DNA from: Phoronis australis
Taxonomy: Eukaryota; Animalia; Phoronida
Direction: 5' to 3'
DNA: 64,000 bases
Assembly: GCA_002633005.1 (NCBI GenBank)
Contig: NMRA01000088.1
Coordinates: forward strand, 120,186 to 184,185
The position numbers were made by a program, and so were the translations under genes. A model generated the notes under the pieces. The model saw nothing but the letters and a program-made list of their open reading frames with translations. It searched no databases and had not been told where the DNA came from. Positions 54,001 to 64,000 of the stretch are shown here, one piece after another; within the stretch, counting starts at the first letter, position 1; each line of letters begins with the position of its first letter.

Positions 54001-54179
54001 GGTTGGTCTGTCGCATTTGTGAGAGTAAAGTAAAACGACGTACCCACATGAGAGCGCATTTACTAGAACAGCATCTTGGTATAGCACACATGTGCCCCGT
54101 CTGCAAGCACACGTTCTCGCGGCGACGCGCGCTGAAATATCACATGGATAAAGTGCATGCCTGTTCACTTCCTATCTAA
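54001..54179 (+). CDS. Alternative terminal exon B: tandem C2H2 zinc-finger pair
   Basis: Branch-like ctgac, pyrimidine tract, tgtag|, phase 1; GLVCRICESKVKRRTHMRAHLLEQHLGIAHMCPVCKHTFSRRRALKYHMDKVHACSLPI*; absent from the ORF track. Confidence 0.9.
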
Positions 54180-57100
54180 GTCGAGGAGAAGTACATTAAA
54201 TCTCAAACCATTTCCACGATTGTAGACCCATTAATTTAAAATTTGTAGCGATAAAATAGGCTTTTCTGTTTCAAAATAACACTACAGAATTGCAGGAAAT
54301 TATTATTTTGTCTGAAATGGAGCCATTGCCATGGTAACATAATGAAAATTCTTCACTCGAGGACGCAATATGGTGGTCGTGAAATTTTATTTTTATATTT
54401 TTACATAGGAAACTGTAATTCTGTGGAATTGAATTTTATTTAAAATTGCCTAGCTTGCCCTTTTTCATTGTTTACGGTCTGCTATCATTGTTTTAAGTGC
54501 CTTTTTTCAAAATTTTGTCTGATGGTCGCTATGGAGGAGAACTTGAAAACGAATTGTCACTTGTTTGCCGAACTGTGCCCTAAGTGGGTGTTGTTTTAAA
54601 ACTTCTTGTGAGCATAGTGCATGGCTTGGATTATTTTATTATTGCAAAAGCCAAAGGTTGAAGCATGGGACTTAATTTACAATGTTTACATCTCCAAATT
54701 CAACTTTCCTTTCACAAAGGTAGAAAAACACTTTGTGTGATTGTCTAGGTTTTTGAAAGATGATGGCGTTAAACGTTTCTCGGATGACATCTATGAGAAA
54801 AAGCGCAACATCTCGGCCCATTCAGATTGTTGATTATGTGGTGTCAGCATTGTAAGTCACTGTGTAACAGTAAACTTCTATTAGGGTTAGAATGACAACT
54901 TTCAAAATTATGTTGTTGAATGATAGTGATCAACACTGCAGCAGTGTATAACTGGTGCAAGTGCCCTGCTGCTGCACAGCATTGTGGGTAAATATCTGTG
55001 ATGCAAGTGCCCTGCTGATGCACGGCATTGTGGGTAAATAGGGCACTGTGGTATTTTGGGATGTGACTTGATGACATTGCCATAAATGATTTCGTTATTC
55101 TTAGGATTATTAATTTGTAAAAACAAGAATCTGAGGAACGCTAGATCTGACCAAGTTTGTTGATGTTTTATGAGGTGATATTGTTCAGAAGTGTGAAAGG
55201 CCTGACAATTATAATAAATGGAGAGTGATTAAATTCTCACCATTTCTTTCTATGCAAAACGATTAGTGGCTAAATGTTGAAAACTTGTTGTTGGGTTGCC
55301 ACAAATGTTTCCACCCATCTTCTGACATACTGTGTTATTTTGATGTTTTATTGTTTGGTGTTGACCTCGCGTATTAAAAGGATACTAAACCCTGTTTTGG
55401 AGATTTCAACCAGTCATCGACATGTCCCCAGCTAATGCACTATTGGTGTCAATCTTGAGGGATAAAAACACATACTTACTGTGTCGCAAAATCAAAATAG
55501 ATCATAGTTCTTGGTCAGTGATTTTTGCCCGCTGTTGTGTAATTGGTCTAAAGCGTAGGTGGCGCTTGCTTGTTTAAGTAGATGTTGTAGAGAGTTTTCA
55601 AAGTTTGATCCAAATGTTTAGGGCTGAGGAGGGTTACAAAGCATTATTTTGTTTTAGAGATCTGGATGGCAAGGTCTCTGTTATGATTAATAGACCAAAA
55701 CCGGTTTCGGTATTCTTTTAAATCAAGCCAAGTTTTAAATTTGAAGTTGTCAGCACTTTCATGCATGTATTAATTTATGTTGCAAAAGCATTTGATAAGT
55801 CTGCAGTATTGTTCATAAAGTTATGTTGAGTAATTCAATAATTACATTTTTGGTGTGTCTGAATTACATTCATGTTCCAGAATTCGGCATTTGTCAATGC
55901 TTTCTCTCCTAAGCCAAATTCATGGAAAGGATTACTGCACGAGATTGATTGTTTTTCACACTATGTAAGCTGTGAATTCACCTATGAATGCGAAACTTCA
56001 TTTGTGTGTTTAAGATTGTGTTGGACCCTTTAAAAATGGCCAAATTTGGCTGACTTCGGAATGTGATATCTTAGAAAGGGCTGATCGGATTCATACCAAA
56101 CTTTCAAATGCTATGCTTCATTCACTGATCTCAAAAAGGCTGTTTGGAATAGTTTTTAACATCTTCTACTTTTGCACAAAAGGGTATTAAAAATAAAACT
56201 TTTATAATTTTCAGGAAAATTCTTTAAAAGTTGCATAAAATGAAGAAGAAAAGGATATTTTAGGAAACTGTAGCAGCCTTTTTGTCCTACAGCAATTGTG
56301 TGATGACACAGATTAACAATGGCAAGTGTTCACTGTGGTTTATGGGGCTGTCAGTCAATAATGTTATCCATTTGAATGCATTTGAGTAAACTTTCATCAT
56401 TTAAATTTAGAAAGTTAAATATAAGTGGCCGGGCATTAAGGTTATTCCAGATTTCATTGCTGGTGTATTTAGCTAATTGTCTCAAAAACACTGTTGCTAC
56501 TTTTCACTTGTCTTTATTGTATATAGTTCAAGGCCATAGGCCCATGGCACAACGAAAAATGCGAAAGTGCATTAAAGTTGCTATTTTCTGAATTGTCATT
56601 TTGTTTTTGTTTATACACATTTTGCTTTTTTCCTACAATCCTATTTTTGTAGCATCCCACATGGTTATCCATTCTTAGCATCATTTTGGTCAGTCACAAT
56701 ATTTGAACTTTTGTTTGAATCTGATCAGCCATTGTGGCGTTCTGAGATGTGTTGACCTCAAATTTGGGTCCCACATTACCACATGCCAAACCCAACATGA
56801 ATATTTGGAAATTCTTTTGTAGGAATCAACTCCAAGAATTGTTATGTTTGAACCTTGTAACCTTACCACCAGGTGCATTTTCAGGACAGTGCTTTTTCTT
56901 ATTAAGCAGTCTTCAATGCAATATGAACAGTTAGGTATTACATTTTTTATCTTGGGAATGTCTCAAAAAAGGCATTCTGTATTTATTTTGTGCTTTCTTA
57001 TTTAGGAGAAACTTCGAAATTTTGAGGGTGTGGGTGACGGGTATGCAGAGCCCTAGAAAAATGTCCAAATTTGATCAAATTGGGAACATCATGTCTCAGA

Positions 57101-58124
57101 ATTGGCTTATGGCATTGGTAGGAAACTTTAGGATATTATGATTTATGCAATGTTCTCGGGAAGGCTTTTAGGAATTGTTTCTTAAAATCTTCTATTGTAT
57201 GAGGAACTACCAAAAATGTAAGGTTTACGATTTTCATGAGAAAGCTCAAAGGTTGCGTGTAATGGAGACGTAATTACTTAGAAAACTGTAGAAGCATTCT
57301 TGAGATTTCATGTTCACATTTACATTAAACGAAATTCTGTCTTTTATTGGTATTTTGTGGATCTACCTTCCCCCTTTGCTAAATTTTACTAAAAGGATTT
57401 GGTCATGTGACCCAATTGATGACAGATTGGCAAACAGTCAAAACTAAAATTCTGCAGGTTTTCTAGTTTTAGAAAGTACCCGTATGTATTTTTACGGAGT
57501 TAAATCTATAGTGTGAAGATGTTTGACATAGGCGTGTGCAGTAATGTTGTGGCCCTACTTCTAAATCAGACCCTGCCACCTGTTGGACTGGAGTTCAGTT
57601 ACTGTCATACCCCAAACCACCGTCAGATCTCAATTGCGATGGCGGGGCTCTATAAACGACATGGCCATGATTCAGTGTGAGCAATGCGCCGATACCTCAT
57701 GCCTGGGTTTTCTATGACCTGTAGGTGATGATCAGACTGCCCACAAACCCGTCATGCGACTAGATGGTTTTGCCACCCTTTGTACTGTCCTAGAGAAGGG
57801 TCAAGAAAATGAATGACCCCAGTCTGGTTGATAGCCTATCGTTTGTTATGTTTTGCATTTTTCAAGTGCCAGTTTATTTTGTGTTTTTGTTAATTACATG
57901 TATATATATATATTACTCTTAGCTTTTTGGGACACTTTTTGTTTCATCAATGCAGTAGTTAGATGGAAGTTGTGTCCAGAGATATTTTAGAATACAATTC
58001 AGATTGTAGCTTGAGTGCTCATTGCCTCCTGTATGGGAAGTCTATGAAGACTCTAAAATTTCCAAAAAGAGGCTGCAGTAATAGTTTGATAGTTAGGATT
58101 CATTCAGCCTCTCATCACAGACAG

Positions 58125-59165
58125 TCGTCTTATTAACTGAGCTTTCAGGGTTCAGCGTGCTTTGTCAGAATTGTGGGTGACACTCAAGGTAAAGACTTAG
58201 TCCAACAGCCTTCTTGCCTTTTGCACATGTACTACTCAAGTTATTTATGCCCCCTGTGGCCAGTTGCATGAAACAGTCCCAAACAAGGACTCAACTAATC
58301 CCTTTATCTGCTGGGTGTTTGTGGACCTGTGAAGACGGCGATTGTCCTTTCTTGTACTGTTTTAGTTTCATTACTATGTCAACTTTTGGCTTTAGTACAA
58401 ATCGCGTGTAAGCTCTACGTTGATTTCTCAATATTATCAAAAATAAATAAGAATCTTTCCATGCAACGCCCCTAATTTAGGACTAAGTCCCTACTTATTT
58501 CGATTGAACTCGGGAGTCAGTTTTTAGTTATAGTAACGATGAAACAATAGAAAAAGATTACATCTGTGAGTAAAGAAAGACGCAGTAGATTTGGGGCACT
58601 TAGTTGAGTCCCTATTTGGGACTGTTTCATGCAACCGGGTACAGGCNTCATCTTATTAACTGAGCTTTCAGGGTTCAGCGTGCTTTGTCAGAATTGTGGG
58701 TGACACTCAAGGTAAAGACTTAGTCCAACAGCCTTCTTGCCTTTTGCACATGTACTCAAGTTATTTATGCCCCCTGTGCCAGTTGTATGAAACAGTCCCA
58801 AACAAGGACTCAACTAATCCCTTTATCTGCTGGGTGTTCGTGGACCTGTGAAGATGGCGATTGTCCTTTCTTGTACTGTTTTAGTTTCATTACTATGTCA
58901 ACTTTTGGCTTTAGTACAAATCGCGTGTAAGCTCTACGTTGATTTCTCAATATTATCAAAAATAAATAAGAATCTTTCCATGCAACGCCCCTAATTTAGG
59001 ACTAAGTCCCTACTTATTTCGATTGAACTCGGGAGTCAGTTTTTAGTTATAGTAACGATGAAACAATAGAAAAAGATTACATCTGTGAGTAAAGAAAGAC
59101 GCAGTAGATTTAGGGAACTTAGTTGAGTCCCTATTTGGGACTGTTTCATGCAACCGGGTACAGGC
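58125..59165 (+). repeat. ~520-bp near-identical tandem duplication containing a MITE; probably an assembly overlap
   Basis: 58125-58646 and 58648-59165 are separated by a single N; each holds TIRs gttgcatgaaacagtcccaaa / tttgggactgtttcatgcaac (one substitution in the second copy). Confidence 0.85.
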
Positions 59166-59449
59166 AACCAGTACCTCCATATAGTGACCTGTGACCGAAC
59201 CACTTTATTTCCTTGTACTGGCCAGCTCCAGTCTCTTCGGCTTCTAGCCTAGTTCTTCCACAGCCCAGAAATCCCTTCTGTTCGGATTTAAGTACGTGGT
59301 GATTCCAATTATATATATTTAAAGCTGCCAATAATCCGCCTAAAGTCACAAAAATACTTTTGATTAGCACCGTGTACGGTTCAGTGATTGAATCTCAAAT
59401 TGCTCCTGAGCCAAAATAGATGCTTTTTCTTCGCACCAGGCCCTACAAG

Positions 59450-59760
59450 TTGACTTGTCACGGCGTGACATTTTATTCGCCGAGCATGATCTCAAGCAAT
59501 AACGAACTGTCAATTGACCTCTCGCAAGCTCCGCCCCCTTGTGAAGTCACCGACAATGTGTTGTTTGTCGGGTAAAATGGCGGCTTGGAAACGCAGACGA
59601 AGATTTGTCGAGAATGTTGCGTTCTGATTGGCCAGTGAAGCCGTCAGTCAAAATAAAAAAATCAAAAGTAAGGTGTTTTGAGACCGAAGGCGGGTTCATT
59701 GGGGCTGCATCGCCACGTCTATTTTCCAGATAGTCTGGCCACTTATGGACCAATTGTATA
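59450..59760 (+). promoter_or_regulatory. Internal promoter-like CpG patch within the cassette array
   Basis: GC box ctccgcccc (~59529), YY1 consensus aaaatggcggc (59574-59584), ctgattgg box, donor-like AAA|gtaagg at 59667/59668. Confidence 0.45.
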
Positions 59761-61593
59761 ACGTTGAGTTTCCGCGTGCATATTACGAGTACAGTGGCAA
59801 ATAAATTGTTGAAATTTAAGCGTGTTTTTCAATCCAGTTTTAGTAGTTGTTGTTGGATTTATCGTGCCTTTTCCATCCATCGGTTGAAGACGATTCTACG
59901 TTTTCTCAGTTAAATTTCTCAAATAAGAAGAAAAGCTCCCGAGGGTCTTGGGAGCAGTTATTCGCGGGAACTGCACATTGACTCCACGGCGTTTCACTTC
60001 TTGTATCTACTTGTGCTCTACATGACCTGAAGGCCACTGAAACCGGCTGTAATCTTTATTACCTTGGCGTGAATGTGGGCTAATCCTGTTTCTCATTTCG
60101 TTGGCTTTGATGCGTTATGGTGTTTTCCAATTGATGTTTCACGCAAAGTTGTCGAGACTACGTACTTATTCATATCGCCCACTAACGCAGAAAGTAGTTC
60201 CCGCAGTTGGGTCCAGTACTCGCTGGTTCCCTGCGTGCCACTAGGTGGTCGGTAGCCAGCACGCAGGTATCACTTAATTTTGCTCGGGAATTTTTTTTAC
60301 ACCAGCGTTTCTGATTGGCTGATCAAATTCTCAACAGGCAGCGCTTTACGCAAACAAACTGGCATGACTGATGGACTCAAGTGTAATGTGGTCTGTTGTA
60401 TAGACAAATCGGTGCTTAAAATTTATGTACAGGAAATCTGAAACCCATAATTTGTGGTTGCTCCTTTTCGGAGTGCATCTTTTTACTGTCGATGACTTTC
60501 GTTTACGATACTGTCCTGCATTCACACAGTATGAATAACACCGCACCGGTTAAAACGGCCAGGTATGTGTTTATTGTACATGTATGTGCTTCAAACACGC
60601 GGCTATTAAACATTACTGCAGAAACGAAATAGTTGCTGTTGCGCCACTTTCATGACAAGGCTAAAAATCGTTCATAGTTCGCCATTTTTCACGTTGTTGT
60701 AAAGCTAAGCAATGACTGCCGAGGTTACACCAACCAATGCTAAAACGCGTGGTACTGCGTGATACCTGCGTGCTGGCTAGGCACGTAGGGAACCAGCGAG
60801 GGACCAGTCACTAGGTGGCGAGACCGTCTTGTCCACGACTCGGTCGGTTAGAACTACAAAACACCGTGTGTAATTCGACGACATTCTCCGGCAACTTATT
60901 GACCAGGACACATTACCCCTGCCGGAAATTGCCCTCGTTGCTTCGAGCAAGAGATTCAAGTTATGGTTCGCTTCGGCGCTCTACGTCGCGGACCTATACG
61001 TAACAGATCGGAGGCATTCCCGACGGTCTCACCGGAAAATCTTGTGGCAGAGTGGAGTGTTTTTTATGTTAAAAAGACATAATCACTGAAAAGAACTTCA
61101 AGTGTAAGAAAAAACTACTTTAGCACCAATAACTTATGTCACTTAAAGCGGAAAGAGCCCGCGTTCCATCGAAAAAAAAACACTAAATTTTGATTTAGAC
61201 CACTTGTTCCAATGAAATTGATCTCAACTTATTCCTAACAAAGGTGAGAAATTATTATTTTTGGCCTTGCTAAGAGAACTGACATTTCCTCATTTCCCGA
61301 GACCATACTCGGCGCCCAAAATAGCACGCCGCTACAGGCCAAGATGTAGAGCCTGCTTTTAGCAACAGCGAACTGCCAGTTCACTCGAAGCCGGCCCTGA
61401 CACCACCTCCACTGATTAAGGAACAACTCGTGGTTTGAATCAAAAAGTTGGTTATTTTGACGGAAGGCAGTTTCGTAGCCGCTTTAACTGCATGCAACCG
61501 TTTTATATGTGTTGTTTCATTTTCGGCATTTTTCCTTTTGGAAACTTATACAAGGAGGCGCAACAGTGATTTTATGTCTTTTTAATATTGTAG

Positions 61594-61760
61594 GATTCGT
61601 GTGTAAAGTATGCAACCAAACTGTGAAACGACGACAACATATGCGCCGTCATATGCTTCAGCACATGGGAGTATCGTACGAGTGCCCACTCTGCTTTAAG
61701 CATCTTCCGCGCAAAGACAGCGTCAAAGAGCACTTAAGGAGATGTCACAACGTCCATTGA
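61594..61760 (+). CDS. Alternative terminal exon C: tandem C2H2 zinc-finger pair
   Basis: Acceptor tctttttaatattgtag|, phase 1; GFVCKVCNQTVKRRQHMRRHMLQHMGVSYECPLCFKHLPRKDSVKEHLRRCHNVH*. Confidence 0.9.
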
Positions 61761-62147
61761 TCCGGGACCCGTTCCGTTAGCAAGGTGCTCACTGTGACGA
61801 AAGCTAGTCACGAGATCACGTGTTTCAGTTGTAATGCATGACGACTCACCAAAAGACTTGTGTGGTGTTTCGCCAGACCCGCAAGAAACTAGCCTTATGT
61901 GTTCCGCCTGCATGTATTTTAGTGGATAGTGGAGTATCCCAACAAGGAATAATACGCTTGTACAATGTTCAATTGAATTCATGCACTGGTAGGACATTGG
62001 CGGATCTTGGATTCAACTGCAGTGTCAATATTGTCGATAGCTCAAACTGTCGTTATTTGTTTTTCTCGTTTTGATCATGGCCGCGGAGGGACCGGGCCCC
62101 TGCTCCCTTGCGTCCGCTTCTGTAGGACACAGAGCTTTGCTATACAC

Positions 62148-62333
62148 CGGCTCATGTTACATTACAAGGGAATATCGCACATGTGGCTCCTCGAATGTAA
62201 ACGGCTTCGGTGCGAAGACAGTGCCTAAGTGCAGATGTGGGACACTTCTCGCGTTAAACTAAGAATATCGTACGAGTGGCTGTTTTGCTTTCAATGACTT
62301 CCGCGCAAAGGCAACGTCATTGGGCATTTGAGC
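62148..62333 (+). pseudogene. Two decayed tandem copies of the second finger of exon C
   Basis: RLMLHYKGISHMWLLECKRLRCEDSA*VQM and RISYEWLFCFQ*LPRKGNVIGHL align without gaps to RHMLQHMGVSYECPLCFKHLPRKDSVKEHL. Confidence 0.7.
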
Positions 62334-64000
62334 ATTTTCTTACGACATTCCGAGATGAAATGAATTCTCGATAGGATATGGCAGGAGTATCCCTATGTAT
62401 GTATTGGACATAAAAAGCAACGTTTGATATTTTCTTCTGCTGGTGTATCTGGTAAATTGTCTCTTTGTTTAACTATATTGAGCGGACTCGCGAAATGTCA
62501 TTGATTGTCGATTTCTTTGACATATTATTTGGTACTTTTAGGCAAGCAGACTCGTGGACGAGGTGGTCTCGCCACGTGACTAGTCATCTGAGATGTCTGA
62601 CAAGGTTTACTTGAGGTCGTTGCTGTGTTTTTATGCCACTCAACCTGTGTTCTTAGTCAGTTTGGAGAAAACGATGAGTTGGCCCGTTTTAATTTTGTTG
62701 TGCAATGGCCAAACTTCCTGATATATATGAAAAATGGCAATAGTTTCGTTTACATGGGCCCCGAATTTTGATATCAAATTCCTCCTCGTCAATCTGGTTC
62801 TCAAAATCCAGGACCCCTGTAAGTGACCATTGCCGGGGAAAACGGCTGAGTCAAATGAGATTATTGGCTGTTATTTTAGCAGCACTCAGATTGGCTGCAC
62901 TTGACTGGCTTCGCCGATTCCGCCGGGTTAACTGGCTAAGACTTCTGATTGGTTTCAGATGACCTCTTTCAGCGTAGAGACCAATCAGATGTCTTAACCG
63001 GTTGACCCTGTCAATCAAGTGGGCCCATTGCGAAATAAATTCTGTTAGCCTACAATCACTTAAGTCCCGTTTAGACATCAACTTTTGGCCAGGCGAAACT
63101 GACACTGAGTAAATTGACCGTGTCAAGCGGGCGTTTACACACACAACTAACCGTGGCAAGACGGAAATTAAAGGCTGGAGAGACTGGATCGCACATGCGC
63201 AGGTTTACAAATGACGAGAGTAATGCAATGACAAAGAACCCGTAGATAAGTCATTAGGCAAGCGCAGTAGAGATGATCCTTTCCGCCTTGCTCCAGTTTC
63301 GGCGCAAGATGTTCGGGCGCAAATTGCTCTACCTCCGCACAAACGGGTGGCAAAAATTTGTCACCGCGGTGTCAGTTTGCTCCGTGTCAGTCCGTTTACA
63401 CACTGGGACAACTTGTTCCGTGTCAGCTGATCCATGTCAACTTTGTAAGTGTAAACGGTTCTTTAGGTTGTCTTCGTCTTAGGCGAATTTGATAGGTTGC
63501 GGAATTGTCTTGAGCGAATTCATTTTGAATCGTCATTTGGAATCCTCATTTACTATTTGTCTAGTACTTCTGTTATGCTGTATTTACGTTGTATTTTTAT
63601 ATTTTTAACGGAGCATTTCTGAGAGAATTTTGCCGTTTTGGTTGCTTCGTGTCGATATATTTATTCATGTATGAAACGCACAGTAGCTAGTGAAATTGTG
63701 ATGGAGAATTCGCTATCTTCTTTTACGATGTTTCTTCTGAAGTATGAGGCCTATCAGTTTCGTACCTTATAAACTTATTGTGAAGGCATTTGTCATTTTC
63801 TGAAATTAACTGGATGTATGTTAAATATATTGACGCTGATGTTGGCCAATAGTGAAATATATAATTATTCGATGTATGTTGATTTACGTGAACTGAGTTG
63901 AGAGTAAACTTTTTTGCGGAAGGTTTTGTTACCGTTCAGTCGTCTGGTGTCAGTGACGCGGGTTCTTGACGTGCTCGTTCAATATAAAGCTCGTTCATTT

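Noticed and set aside
57684-57731. MRRYLMPGFSMTCR** resembling a decayed finger linker
   Set aside because: Needs gaps and has no convincing acceptor; too weak to report.
58125-59165. Recent tandem duplication as a biological event
   Set aside because: The copies join at a single N and differ by a few SNPs and indels, as expected for unmerged haplotype contig ends.
61358-61470. Segment upstream of exon C similar to ~18085-18212, considered as a splicing selector
   Set aside because: The other copy lies outside the gene in the same orientation, so an old dispersed repeat is the simpler explanation.

Overview
AT-rich, repeat-dense, intron-containing animal (invertebrate-like) genomic DNA with three assembly gaps; it is not prokaryotic. 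The main feature is a plus-strand gene whose three common coding exons (37344-37485, 38016-38871, 41295-41377; 360 codons, ending in phase 1) are followed by at least three separate phase-1 terminal exons (47807-47982, 54001-54179, 61594-61760). Each terminal exon encodes a different pair of C2H2 zinc fingers and has its own stop codon. This is the 'constant N-terminus plus mutually exclusive DNA-binding cassettes' design of insect lola/fruitless/broad/tramtrack, but I can see no BTB domain here. Decayed copies of the finger cassettes lie next to the intact ones. The array also contains an internal promoter-like CpG patch, CTCF-like motifs and an inverted pair bracketing the third cassette. 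The left end holds the first coding exon of an unidentified minus-strand gene. The rest is transposon-derived or tandemly repeated: a decayed CR1/L2-group LINE plus a 3' fragment, a miniature Kolobok-like element with a THAP relic, a Penelope-like GIY-YIG relic with a hammerhead-like motif, a hAT-like element, a foldback element, many MITEs, and a ~172-bp satellite whose palindrome spacer flips orientation between units. All calls were made by reading the sequence by eye; no database searches were run and splicing is inferred.
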